From contig JAYTWR010000004.1 in NCBI GenBank assembly GCA_043743335.1, positions 1,708 through 65,707 of the forward strand: a stretch of 64,000 nt of DNA, read 5' to 3'. Made by a program: the position numbers and the translations under genes. The DNA comes from Burkholderiales bacterium (GTDB taxonomy: Bacteria; Pseudomonadota; Gammaproteobacteria; Burkholderiales; SG8-41). Below the pieces are notes generated by a model, which saw only the letters and a program-made list of their open reading frames with translations, searched no databases and had not been told where the DNA came from. This document shows, piece after piece, positions 54,543 through 63,657 of the stretch. Numbering within the stretch: position 1 is the first letter of the stretch; each line of letters opens with the position of its first letter.

Positions 54543-54979
54543 GTAATTTATGCATCACTTTGCCAGCCCCAAATCGCGCAACAGCTTGCCTGTGACTTCG
54601 CGCTCGGCATCCAGCTCGCGCTTGAGCTGCGCAGAATCTGCGTAGGCGTCTGCCCAGCCTTGTTGCGCCAGCACTTTTTTCCAAGCGGCGCGTGGAGTAC
54701 GCAGCGTGTGTGGTAGTCACCGCCAGAAGCAGCGCGATCACGGTGAACCATTGCAGACGTGGCATGCGTGAATCTCGCTTTCGAGGCACGGGTCGTTGGG
54801 GGCAGGGGTGGGGCGTCACCGGCATGCTACGCCAATTCCATTTAACCGTGCAGCGCGAGCTGCATCGTGCAGTAGTGCTGCTGGGTTCAAAGCAGTATAT
54901 TGGGTGCGTGCGTGCGGGCCTGCTGTCGGGGCGGCGTGCAGCGGCGGGTTTTCAATGGCAGGCTTATCGTGGGGATCGT

Positions 54980-56044
54980 ATGGCGGATCTGAAAGCATTG
55001 CGGCTGGCGGTGATCGGCGCTGGCGCGGTGGGCGGCTATGTCGGCGGCCAACTGGCGCGCGCGGGGTATCGGGTGGCATTGGTCGATGCGTGGGCCGCAC
55101 ACGTGGAGCAGATCCGGGCCCATGGCATACGCTTGACTGATCCGCTGGGTTCGGTGCTCATTCCAGCCGAAGCGATGCACTTGCATCAGGTGCAGTCGTT
55201 TATTCGCGATCCGGTGGATATCGCCTTTGTGTGCACCAAATCCTACGACACTGCTTGGAGCGCGCAGATGATCAAACCGTATCTGCGTGACAACGGCTGC
55301 GTGGTGTCTGTGCAAAACAGTTTGAACGAGCATGAAATCGCGGCAATTGTCGGGGCCGATCGCACACTGGGCTGCATTGCCAGCACCATCAGCGTCAGCG
55401 CCACCGGGCCGGGCGTTATTGAGCGGGCGCGTACGCCGGGCGGTGAGGCCTATACGGTGTTTCGCGTGGGCGAAATGCACGGACGGGTAACGCCGCGCGC
55501 TTTGCAGGTAGCGGAAATTCTCTCGGCGGTGGACAGCGCCAAAGTAACCACCAATCTGTGGGGCGAACGCTGGGCGAAGCTGGTCACCAACTCGATGCAT
55601 CACGGCATTCTGGGTGTTACCGGCATACACGATCATCAATTGATGCAGGGTACGCAGACGCGCTTGCTGGCGATCCGCTGTGCCGGCGAGGCCATTCGCG
55701 TGGCGCAAGCGCTGGGACACGATCTCGAACCCATATTGCGCATGCCGCCGCTGTTGTGGTGCGCCGCTGCGGATGGAAATGCCGCAGCGCTGAGCGAGAT
55801 TGAAGCGGGCTGGCGCAAGTGGATGGCGCGTTCGCACGAGCCGCACTACGGCTCGGTGGGACACGATTTAGTGAAGGGGCGTCGCACTGAAATTGATTAC
55901 ACCTGCGGCTATGTGGCGGCCATGGGCGAGCAAACCGGGCAACCGGCCCCCACGCAGGCACGCTTGACGGCCATGGTCAAGCAGGTGGAGCGCGGCGAGC
56001 TACAACGCACGCTGGCGAATCTCGCCGTTTTTGAAAGATCGTAG
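54980..56044 (+). CDS. 2-dehydropantoate 2-reductase (PanE/ApbA) family oxidoreductase, paralog 1
   Basis: ATG 54980 (MADLKALRLAVIGAGAVGGYVGGQLARAG). The ApbA N- and C-domain pattern is colinear with the next gene. Confidence 0.85.
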   Translation: MADLKALRLAVIGAGAVGGYVGGQLARAGYRVALVDAWAAHVEQIRAHGIRLTDPLGSVLIPAEAMHLHQVQSFIRDPVDIAFVCTKSYDTAWSAQMIKPYLRDNGCVVSVQNSLNEHEIAAIVGADRTLGCIASTISVSATGPGVIERARTPGGEAYTVFRVGEMHGRVTPRALQVAEILSAVDSAKVTTNLWGERWAKLVTNSMHHGILGVTGIHDHQLMQGTQTRLLAIRCAGEAIRVAQALGHDLEPILRMPPLLWCAAADGNAAALSEIEAGWRKWMARSHEPHYGSVGHDLVKGRRTEIDYTCGYVAAMGEQTGQPAPTQARLTAMVKQVERGELQRTLANLAVFERS

Positions 56045-56046
56045 CC

Positions 56047-57111
56047 ATGGGCAAACAGGGTAAACACATTGTATTCGTGGGCGCAGGCGCGGTGGGCGGC
56101 TATGTGGGCGCGCATCTGGCGCGCGCGGGTGAGGATATTGCGCTGGTTGATCCGTGGGCGGAGCACGTAGACGCCATCAACCGTGACGGCATGCGCCTCG
56201 GCGGTTCGCAAGGCGAACATGTGGTGCGCGTCAAAGCCCTGCATGTGCATGAAGTGCAAAGCTTTGTGCGCAAGCCGATTGATATCGCCATCATCAGTAC
56301 CAAGTCGTACGACACCGAATGGGCCGCGCGCATGATCCGGCAATACCTGACGCCGCAGGGATACCTTGTGTCCATGCAAAACGGCGTGAACGAGGAGCGC
56401 ATCGCGAGCGTGGCAGGCTGGGGCAAGACAGTGGGCTGCATTGTCAGCACCATCAGCGTGAATTGCTTCAAGCCGGGACACATCAGTCGCTACCAAGAGG
56501 CGGGCGGTGCCAAACGCACGGTGTTTGGTGTGGGCGAAGTGCATGGCAGAGTGACAGCGCGCGCCACAGAATTGGCGGCGATACTTGGCGCTGTGGATAC
56601 CGCCAAGGTCACCGCAAACCTGTGGGGCGAGCGCTGGACCAAGCTCACGGCCAACACCATCACCCACGGCGTGCTCGGCGCAACGGGTCTGGATAACCGT
56701 GCGGTGTACGTGGAGCGCGGCCAAGTGCATCGCATCGGTGTGCAGTTGGCTGCCGAAGCCATTGCTGTCGGGCGCGCGCAAGGCTACCAATTGGGCACAG
56801 TGCTCGGCATTGCGCCGGACGCATGGCTAGCGGCGGCGCTGCGCGAACCCGCTGCGCTGAAAACGGTGCAGGACGGATTGACGGCGTGGATGGCTACGTT
56901 GCTGGAACCTTCGCATTCGTCGGTGGGGCGTGATGTCGCGCGAGGACGACGCTCGGAAATTGATTTCACCAATGGGCTGGTGGCGCAGAAGGGCGCAGAA
57001 ACTGGCGTGCCTGCGCCCACACACGCAGCGCTGACCGCGCTGGTACGACGCATTGATCGCGGCGAACTGAAGCCGGATCCGCAGCATATTGACGGCTTGA
57101 TGCCGACGTGA
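56047..57111 (+). CDS. 2-dehydropantoate 2-reductase (PanE/ApbA) family oxidoreductase, paralog 2
   Basis: 354 aa, the same length as paralog 1. IVFVGAGAVGGYVGAHLARAG, with shared blocks (STKSYDT.W, NLWGERW.KL..N). Confidence 0.85.
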   Translation: MGKQGKHIVFVGAGAVGGYVGAHLARAGEDIALVDPWAEHVDAINRDGMRLGGSQGEHVVRVKALHVHEVQSFVRKPIDIAIISTKSYDTEWAARMIRQYLTPQGYLVSMQNGVNEERIASVAGWGKTVGCIVSTISVNCFKPGHISRYQEAGGAKRTVFGVGEVHGRVTARATELAAILGAVDTAKVTANLWGERWTKLTANTITHGVLGATGLDNRAVYVERGQVHRIGVQLAAEAIAVGRAQGYQLGTVLGIAPDAWLAAALREPAALKTVQDGLTAWMATLLEPSHSSVGRDVARGRRSEIDFTNGLVAQKGAETGVPAPTHAALTALVRRIDRGELKPDPQHIDGLMPT

Positions 57112-57131
57112 AAACCGTAAAAGGATAAAAA

Positions 57132-58277
57132 ATGAAAGGCTGTCTCGATGGCATACGGGTGTTGGAGCTGGCGCGCTTTCAGGCGGGGCCGCGCGCGGGA
57201 ATGATTTTGTCAGACCTTGGCGCAGAGGTGATCAAAATCGAAAAATTCGGCGGTGAAGAAACGCGTCAATCCGCACCCATCGTGCGCGGACACAGCGTGT
57301 ATTTCAGCGTCTACAATCGCGGCAAAAAAAGCCTGTGCTTGGATTTGCGCAAGGCCGAAGGCAAGGCGGTTTTCTGCGATCTGTTGAAGACGGCGGATTT
57401 TGTGATTGAGAATTTTCGTCCCGGCACGATTGAGGCCATGGGCCTTGGCTACGACGAACTGATTAAGGTTAAGCCGGACATTATTCTCGTGCGCTGCAGC
57501 GGCTTTGGCCAGACGGGGCCGTATAAAGACCGGCCGTCGTTTGATCCGCTGGGGCAGGCCATGAGCGGGCTGATGTCGCTCACCGGCAAGCCGCTCGGTC
57601 GGCCTGTGGGTACGGCGTTTTCACTGGTGGATCGCACCACGGCGCTGCACGCCACCATCGGCGCGCTGGGCGCGTTGCGGCATCGCGATCAAACGGGCGA
57701 GGGGCAGATTATCGACGTGTGCCTGCTTGATTCGGCGATGACCATGGTGGAAATCCCCGCGTGCTACTACCTCGACAGCGGCGAAGAAGGCGGCGAGTCG
57801 GGCCGGCTGCCGTATCAGACCAACAACGGCTGGGTGGTGGTGACGGGCGGTGTGACGACCAAGCTGACGCAGCGCCTTGCGGCGGTGATCGGGCAGGATA
57901 CGTCGATGCCGCAAGGCGCAGGCGGCTCGCTGTTCGGCCACAACAATCCCGTGCTCACTGCATGGTGCCTCAAGCACAGCACAGCGGATATCTGCGAAAA
58001 GCTGCTGGAAATCGGCATACCGGTGGCACCGGTGTTGTCGATCCCCGACGTGGTAAAAGACCCGCACCTGTGGGCGCGCGAGATGCTGGTGAAAGTGCAG
58101 GACGCGCAAGCTGGCGAAATCCATGTGCCGGGTTTGAGCATCAAGCTCTCCAAAACGCCGGGGCGCTTGGGGCCGGTGCCGACAGCGGGGCAGCATACGG
58201 CAGCGTTGCTGGCGGCGTTGCCGGGCTACGATGCGGCGAAGGTGGCGCAATTGCGAGCGGCTGGGGTGGTTGAATAA
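57132..58277 (+). CDS. class III (CaiB/BaiF family) CoA-transferase
   Basis: LDGIRVLELARFQAGPRAGMILSDLGAEVIKIE.. N-terminus; 381 aa. Confidence 0.9.
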   Translation: MKGCLDGIRVLELARFQAGPRAGMILSDLGAEVIKIEKFGGEETRQSAPIVRGHSVYFSVYNRGKKSLCLDLRKAEGKAVFCDLLKTADFVIENFRPGTIEAMGLGYDELIKVKPDIILVRCSGFGQTGPYKDRPSFDPLGQAMSGLMSLTGKPLGRPVGTAFSLVDRTTALHATIGALGALRHRDQTGEGQIIDVCLLDSAMTMVEIPACYYLDSGEEGGESGRLPYQTNNGWVVVTGGVTTKLTQRLAAVIGQDTSMPQGAGGSLFGHNNPVLTAWCLKHSTADICEKLLEIGIPVAPVLSIPDVVKDPHLWAREMLVKVQDAQAGEIHVPGLSIKLSKTPGRLGPVPTAGQHTAALLAALPGYDAAKVAQLRAAGVVE

Positions 58278-58292
58278 TAGTTACTAAAATAT

Positions 58293-58313
58293 TCAATAAA
58301 ATCAATTAGTTAC
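58293..58313 (+). repeat. AT-rich IHF-consensus motif copy (consensus) 3 nt before a Bug start
   Basis: TCAATAAAATCAATTAGTTAC-ATC-ATG(58317), preceded by a half copy AATAATAGTTAC (58273-58284). Confidence 0.75.
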
Positions 58314-58316
58314 ATC

Positions 58317-59315
58317 ATGTTTAGCCAACAGAAATTGCGTTGCGACGTGCTCGTCATCGCCATCGCCATCGCCATCATTATCGTACTCGCTATGGCCATG
58401 CCCGCCGCAGCGCAAGGTTTTCCCCGCGGCCCCATGCGCATCATCTCGCCGTTCCCACCGGGCGGCGGCACCGACACGCTGGCGCGGGTGGTTGCGCAAC
58501 GCCTGAGCGAGCGCCACGGTCAGCCGGCGGTGGTGGATAACCGCGTGGGCGGCAACGGTACTATCGGCACGGCGTATGCGGCCAAAGCGGCGGGCGATGG
58601 GCTGACGATGGTGATTGTGCCGGCGGGCCACGCGGCGAATCCGGCGTTGTATAAAAACTTGCCGTACGATCAGGCGCGTGATCTCGCGCCGGTGAGCTTG
58701 CTGGCGTCGGGCGCGCTGGTGCTGGTGATTAACCCTGCACTGCCGGTGGTTAGCGTGAAGGAACTGATTGCGCTCGCACGCCAACGCCCAGGCGAACTCA
58801 ACTTCGGCACGCCGGGCAGCGGCGCGTTGCCGCATTTGTCGGCGGAATTGTTTACGCATATGGCCGGTATACGCATGACGCACGTGCCGTACAAAGGCCC
58901 GGCTGCTGCAGTGGTGGATTTAATCAGCGGGCAAGTGCCGGTTTACTTTATGAACGTCACCGGGGCGATTCCGCTGGTGGCGCATAAAAAGCTGCGCGCG
59001 CTGGGCGTCACCACACCGCGCCGCACTGAGGTTGCGCCGGACATACCGTCAATCGCGGAAAGTGGGTTGGCCGGTTTTGACATGACCAACTGGTACGGCA
59101 TGCTTGTGCCCGGCACCACACCGCCGGAGGTCATTGCCGCACTCAACGCCGAGATGGTGCGAATACTGGCCTTGCCCGACACGCGCAAAGGGCTGGCCGC
59201 AACGGGCATGGTGGTCGAAGGCGGCAGCGCGCAACAGTTCGACGCTTTTTTGAAGACCGAGACGGCGAAATTCGCGCGGATTATTCAGGCGGCAGGCGTC
59301 AAAGCTGCGCTGTAG
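58317..59315 (+). CDS. Bug/TctC-family substrate-binding protein
   Basis: Signal peptide, then GFPRGPMRIISPFPPGGGTDTLARVVAQRL.., with a Bug C-terminus. Confidence 0.9.
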   Translation: MFSQQKLRCDVLVIAIAIAIIIVLAMAMPAAAQGFPRGPMRIISPFPPGGGTDTLARVVAQRLSERHGQPAVVDNRVGGNGTIGTAYAAKAAGDGLTMVIVPAGHAANPALYKNLPYDQARDLAPVSLLASGALVLVINPALPVVSVKELIALARQRPGELNFGTPGSGALPHLSAELFTHMAGIRMTHVPYKGPAAAVVDLISGQVPVYFMNVTGAIPLVAHKKLRALGVTTPRRTEVAPDIPSIAESGLAGFDMTNWYGMLVPGTTPPEVIAALNAEMVRILALPDTRKGLAATGMVVEGGSAQQFDAFLKTETAKFARIIQAAGVKAAL

Positions 59316-59440
59316 TTTTGCAGCGGCGACCGACACACGGTGTGGTCGTCTGGTGACGGTCAGGGCGTGTTTCCAGTATAGTAAACGCCGAACTTCAACT
59401 TGCCTGTCACACACGCAATCCAAACCATCAGGAGCATCGC

Positions 59441-59848
59441 ATGGCCCGAATTCAACATCTTGCTATCGCCAGCCAAAACCCCGAAAAACAGGCGGAGTTT
59501 TACAAACAGGTTTTTGGTTTTGAAGAAGTGCGCCGCCTCGACAACCCGCGTGCGCGCGGCGTGGTGTTAACCGACGGCGCGATCAATATTTCCGTGCTGT
59601 ATTTCAAGCAAGATCAAATCGACCAGGGCCTCGAATTCACCGGGCCGCATCACTTTGGCGTGTACGTTGAAGACCTCGAAGGCACGGCGCAAAAGTGCCT
59701 GGCGGCGGGCTGCGTGGCCTACGACGAGCTGCCGGAAGACGCCAAAGAAGTGAACTACCGCGCCAAGCGCTCCGACAAATTCAAAGGGCCGGAAGGCTGC
59801 TTGTTTGATATCGCCGATGAGCCTTGGATCGGGGCGACGCGCAAGTAA
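59441..59848 (+). CDS. VOC (glyoxalase/bleomycin-resistance/dioxygenase) family protein
   Basis: MARIQHLAIASQNPEKQAEFYKQVFGFEEV..HHFGVYVEDLE; GGAG SD upstream. Confidence 0.8.
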   Translation: MARIQHLAIASQNPEKQAEFYKQVFGFEEVRRLDNPRARGVVLTDGAINISVLYFKQDQIDQGLEFTGPHHFGVYVEDLEGTAQKCLAAGCVAYDELPEDAKEVNYRAKRSDKFKGPEGCLFDIADEPWIGATRK

Positions 59849-59899
59849 GTGCGTGGCATGCCCCTAGCGTGCGGGTCACGGGTGCCGACGCGCCAGCCC

Positions 59900-60061
59900 T
59901 TAATGACTGCGCAAGTGCTGGCGCAGTAGCTCGCGGGCGTTATCCATTTTGGCCTGTTGGCCAGTGCTCGCGGGTGCATCGTGTTGATGGTCATGCGACC
60001 TGTGGTGAAAATATTCCACCGCAGCGAGGCCGACTAAAACCAGAAACAGCAGCACTTTCAT
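59900..60061 (-). CDS. hypothetical small membrane/secreted His-rich protein (53 aa)
   Basis: Not in the ORF track (<60 aa). MKVLLFLVLVGLAAVEYFHHRSHDHQHDAPASTGQQAKMDNARELLRQHLRSH has a hydrophobic N-terminus and GC-rich third positions. Confidence 0.3.
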   Translation of the reverse strand: MKVLLFLVLVGLAAVEYFHHRSHDHQHDAPASTGQQAKMDNARELLRQHLRSH

Positions 60062-60220
60062 GGTGGCGTTGTTGAGTGCTTAGCAGCGGTGTAGATGCGC
60101 GTCAGTGACATGGCGGTGTTCGCATTGTTCGCATAAGTTCCACGAAGTTGAATGCTACTATAGCGCGGATACGGTGAACCTTTTTCGCCAACCGAGTAAC
60201 GCCCAAAAATCATTCGCATT

Positions 60221-61468
60221 GTGGCGCACCTGAATAAATACAAACTGCACTACGCGTGGATCGTTCTCGGTGCGGCTTGCATGCTCAATATTGTCAGCCG
60301 CGCGGATTCGGCGTCGTTCGGCGTGTTTATCGATCCGCTGGTGGAGCGCTTTGGCTGGAAGCGCGGCGATATTTCGTTTGCCTATTCGCTGGCGTTTATT
60401 GTGGGGCTGCCAGCGGTGATGATTATGGGCTGGCTGGGCGACCGCTTTGGCGCGCGGATTTTGATGCTGGTGGCGTCGGCGCTGATCGGCGGCGGCACGG
60501 TGCTGCTCGGCACGATTACCGAACTGTGGCACTTTTATCTGTTTTACGGCTTTTTCGTCGGCTCGCTGGGGCACGCGGCGTTCAGTGTGCTCTTGCCGGT
60601 CATCATGACGCGCTGGTTCTACCGCCACATGGGCATTGCACTGGGCATTTACTGGGCGGCGCAGGGCTTGGGGCCGGTGATTTTTGCGCCGCTGTTTCGC
60701 TGGCTGTTGGAGACGCGCGGCTGGGAAAATACCTTTACGGTGGTCGGCTTGGTGGTGGGCGGTATCTTGGCGTTTTTCTCGCTGTTCATTTACAACCGGC
60801 CTTCCGATAAGGGACTGACGGCCTACGGCTCTGAGGACGCGCCGCCCGCGCCGCAAAACGGCACGGCTGCCGCCAAGGCACCCGCCAAACTGCGCGACAT
60901 TTTGCGTGAGCGTACGGTGTGGAAGCTGATGAGCATTCATCACATAGGCTGCGTGGCGCATGCGGTGATTCTCGCGCATGTGGTGTCGATGGCCACGTTT
61001 AAGGGCATACCTGGGCTTGAAGCTGCGGGCGTGCTGGCGACGATTGCGGGCACGTCGGTGGTGAGCCGCTTTACGTTCTCGGTGCTGGCTGAGCGACTGG
61101 GCGGGCGCACGGTGCTGACGATTTCACTGCTGGGGCAGAGCTTGCCGGTGATTATTTTGTTTTTTGCCACCGAGGCTTGGGCGTTTTATGTGTTCGCCTT
61201 TATTTTTGGCCTGTGCTACGGCGGCGAGATGGTGGGCTTCCCGATTATCAACCGGCAGTTGTTCGGGGCGAAAGCGCCGCTGGGTTCGATCTACTCGTTC
61301 GAGATGGTGGGGGCCAGCCTCGGCATGGCGCTGGGCGGTTGGCTCGGCGGCGGGCTGTTTGATTTGTCCGGCAGCTATACGTGGTCGCTGTGGGCGTCGC
61401 TGCTGATCGGCTTGGCGGGGTTGCCGCTGGCGCTGGCTTTGCCGCGCCATACCAAACCGGCGGATTAA
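60221..61468 (+). CDS. MFS transporter (oxalate/formate antiporter-like)
   Basis: 415-aa ORF (GTG start) with 12 predicted TM segments and DRFGAR in loop 2-3. Confidence 0.85.
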   Translation: MAHLNKYKLHYAWIVLGAACMLNIVSRADSASFGVFIDPLVERFGWKRGDISFAYSLAFIVGLPAVMIMGWLGDRFGARILMLVASALIGGGTVLLGTITELWHFYLFYGFFVGSLGHAAFSVLLPVIMTRWFYRHMGIALGIYWAAQGLGPVIFAPLFRWLLETRGWENTFTVVGLVVGGILAFFSLFIYNRPSDKGLTAYGSEDAPPAPQNGTAAAKAPAKLRDILRERTVWKLMSIHHIGCVAHAVILAHVVSMATFKGIPGLEAAGVLATIAGTSVVSRFTFSVLAERLGGRTVLTISLLGQSLPVIILFFATEAWAFYVFAFIFGLCYGGEMVGFPIINRQLFGAKAPLGSIYSFEMVGASLGMALGGWLGGGLFDLSGSYTWSLWASLLIGLAGLPLALALPRHTKPAD

Positions 61469-61479
61469 CTAAATAATTG

Positions 61480-61498
61480 TTTAAAATCAATTAGTTAT
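61480..61498 (+). repeat. AT-rich IHF-consensus motif copy (TTTAAAATCAATTAGTTAT) within a larger imperfect palindrome
   Basis: TAACTAAATAATTG-TTTAAAAT-CAATTAGTTA spans 61466-61497 between convergent stop codons. Confidence 0.7.
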
Positions 61499-61510
61499 GT
61501 AATTATCTGA

Positions 61511-62473
61511 TTAGTCTTCGCGCAACCCGGCGCTGGCGATGACTTTACTGAGGCTGCCCATCTCAGCGTTCACCACGGCGGCAAAGCGCGCGGGCGTGCT
61601 GCCGACCGCTTCCATGCCTGCCGCGAGAAATTTTTCTTTCACCTGCGGTTTGTTCAGCGCGCGCACGGCGTCTTGATTCAGTTTCGTGACCAGCGCGGCA
61701 GGTGTTTTGACCGGCGCGAACACGCCAAACAGTATGGTCGATTCGTAGCCGGGCACGCCGGACGCGGCCACAGTGGGCAAGCCCGGCAGCAGTACCGAAG
61801 GCTCGGCGCTGGTGACGGCAATTGCACGCAGGCGACCGGTTTTGACATGCGGCAGCACGGGTGCGGGTGCCGCGAACATCACCTGCGCTTGCCCGCCGAT
61901 GAGTGCGGTGACCGCTGGCCCGACGCCACGATACGTCACCCGCACTAGATTCACCTTGGCCATGGATTTGAACAACTCCGCCGCCACGTGGGTGGAGCCA
62001 CCGGTGGCGGACGACGCGTAATTGAGTTCGCCCGGCCGGGCGCGCGCCAGCGCAATGAGTTCAGGCACGCTCTTCACCGGCAGCGAAGGATGCACCAGCA
62101 CCACGTCGGGCGAGCTGGCGGCCAGCGTCACCGGCGCAAAATCTTTCACCGGATCGTACGGCACGTTTTTACGAAACAGCGGCAGCAGCCACATCGGGTT
62201 GCCATACAAAATCAGCGTGTAGCCATCGGGCGTGGCGCGCGCCACCAACTCTGAAGCAATGGCACCGCTGGCTCCGCCACGGTTATCCACGATCACTTGT
62301 TGCCCCCAGTCGGCAGTCAACTCTTGCGCCAGCAGGCGCGCGACAAAATCACTGCCGCTACCGGCCTCGGTGGTCACCAAGCGCACCGGGCGCGAGGGAA
62401 AATTTTGGCTGTGCGCGGGCAGGGTGCTTGTCAGCGTAAGGGCGAGCAGGCAGTGCGTGGCGGTGAAATTCAT
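61511..62473 (-). CDS. Bug/TctC-family substrate-binding protein
   Basis: I chose ATG 62473 (MNFTATHCLLALTLTSTLPAHSQNFPSRPVRLV..). The 80-aa extension in the track is non-coding-like. Confidence 0.9.
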   Translation of the reverse strand: MNFTATHCLLALTLTSTLPAHSQNFPSRPVRLVTTEAGSGSDFVARLLAQELTADWGQQVIVDNRGGASGAIASELVARATPDGYTLILYGNPMWLLPLFRKNVPYDPVKDFAPVTLAASSPDVVLVHPSLPVKSVPELIALARARPGELNYASSATGGSTHVAAELFKSMAKVNLVRVTYRGVGPAVTALIGGQAQVMFAAPAPVLPHVKTGRLRAIAVTSAEPSVLLPGLPTVAASGVPGYESTILFGVFAPVKTPAALVTKLNQDAVRALNKPQVKEKFLAAGMEAVGSTPARFAAVVNAEMGSLSKVIASAGLRED

Positions 62474-62595
62474 GATGAGCTGGAAGTGTCGGGGCGTGGG
62501 GTGCAGCGTGGGGTGCAGCGTATGGTAGTCTAAATGTGACGCAGCCCACATCAAACCGGCTGCCGGGCATCGATCACAACAAGGGTAAAAACGGC

Positions 62596-63576
62596 ATGAG
62601 CACTCGTTGGCAAAAGTGGTTCGCGACAGTGGCGTTGAGCGTGTGCGCCATGCCACTGGGTTGGGCGCAAGGCGACAAATATCCCTCGCGCCCGGTGCGC
62701 GTGGTCGTGCCATCGACGCCAGGCGGTGGGCTGGATGTGATGGCGCGTATTCTCACGCCCCGTTTAACCGAGAAATGGGGCGCGCAAGTGGTGATCGATA
62801 ATCGCGCTGGGGCGGGTGGGATTATCGGCACGGAAATCGTGGCGAAGGCCGTGCCAGACGCCCACACGCTGCTGCTGGTGACCACGGGCTTTGTCACAAA
62901 TCCTTATTTAATCAACAAGTTACCGTACAAAACGCCGCAGGATTTTGAACCCATCACCATCGTCGGCATGACCCCGGTGGTGCTGGTTGCGCATTCGTCT
63001 GTGAACGTTCGCAACATCAAAGACATGCTCGCGCTCGCCAAAGAGCGGCCCGGGCAACTGACGTTTGGTTCGTCCGGCACCGGCAGCAGCGGGCATTTGT
63101 CGATGATGTTGATGCAGCGCGTGGCGGGCATCCAATTTGTTCACGTGCCGTATAAGGGGGCGGGCGCGTCGACGGCGGCGATTGTTGGCGGCGAAGTGCA
63201 ACTGCTGTTCACCGCGCCGGGCTCAGCGAACGCGCATGTGAAGGCTGGACGCTTGCGCGCACTGGCGGTCACCAGCATCAAGCGCGTGGGCATCATGCCC
63301 GACGTGCCCAGTGTGGTTGAGGTCGGCTTGACGGATTGCGCGGTGGACGGCTGGTACGGCTTGCTCGCGCCAGCGGGCACGTCCAAAGCGCTGATAGACC
63401 GCATCTATGCGGATGTGTCGGCGATCATCAAACAGCCCGAAACCGCAGCGCGGCTGCAAGGTGCGGGCTTTGAAATTGATGGGCGGTCACCAGCACAGTT
63501 CAAACAATATCTGGCGGATGAAATGAAAAAGTGGAGTGGGGTGATTAAAGAGGCCGGTATACGGATGGAGCCGTGA
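62596..63576 (+). CDS. Bug/TctC-family substrate-binding protein
   Basis: I chose ATG 62596 (MSTRWQKWFATVALSVCAMPLGWAQGDKYPSRPVRVVVP..). Confidence 0.9.
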   Translation: MSTRWQKWFATVALSVCAMPLGWAQGDKYPSRPVRVVVPSTPGGGLDVMARILTPRLTEKWGAQVVIDNRAGAGGIIGTEIVAKAVPDAHTLLLVTTGFVTNPYLINKLPYKTPQDFEPITIVGMTPVVLVAHSSVNVRNIKDMLALAKERPGQLTFGSSGTGSSGHLSMMLMQRVAGIQFVHVPYKGAGASTAAIVGGEVQLLFTAPGSANAHVKAGRLRALAVTSIKRVGIMPDVPSVVEVGLTDCAVDGWYGLLAPAGTSKALIDRIYADVSAIIKQPETAARLQGAGFEIDGRSPAQFKQYLADEMKKWSGVIKEAGIRMEP

Positions 63577-63657
63577 TGTGGCGGTAGATTCGACCGCCAC
63601 CCATCGCATTTTCCGCGCGTCGCCCAAGGCCGAGAATTTCACTATAAGAGAAATCCA

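Noticed and set aside
54526-54825. 99-aa minus-strand ORF as annotated in the track
   Set aside because: Its second half (..GRRLRRFCAAQARAGCRARSHRQ..) is implausible, and the frame ends by reading through the AT-rich motif (HKLLNKIN). The frameshift-repaired 69-aa version is more credible and is reported as a finding.
54887-56790. 325-aa and 293-aa minus-strand ORFs antisense to the two panE-like genes
   Set aside because: They have shadow-ORF composition, while the plus-strand genes show Rossmann and ApbA motifs.
24859-62521. Short tandem repeats (CTAAT x5, 13-bp x2.4 at 28519, 9-bp x3.7 at 43578, 30-bp x2.4 at 51258, 12-bp x2 at 62495, 12-bp x2 at 16651) as possible CRISPR arrays
   Set aside because: The units are directly adjacent with no spacers and only 2-5 copies, and no cas genes are present. 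These are simple tandem repeats.
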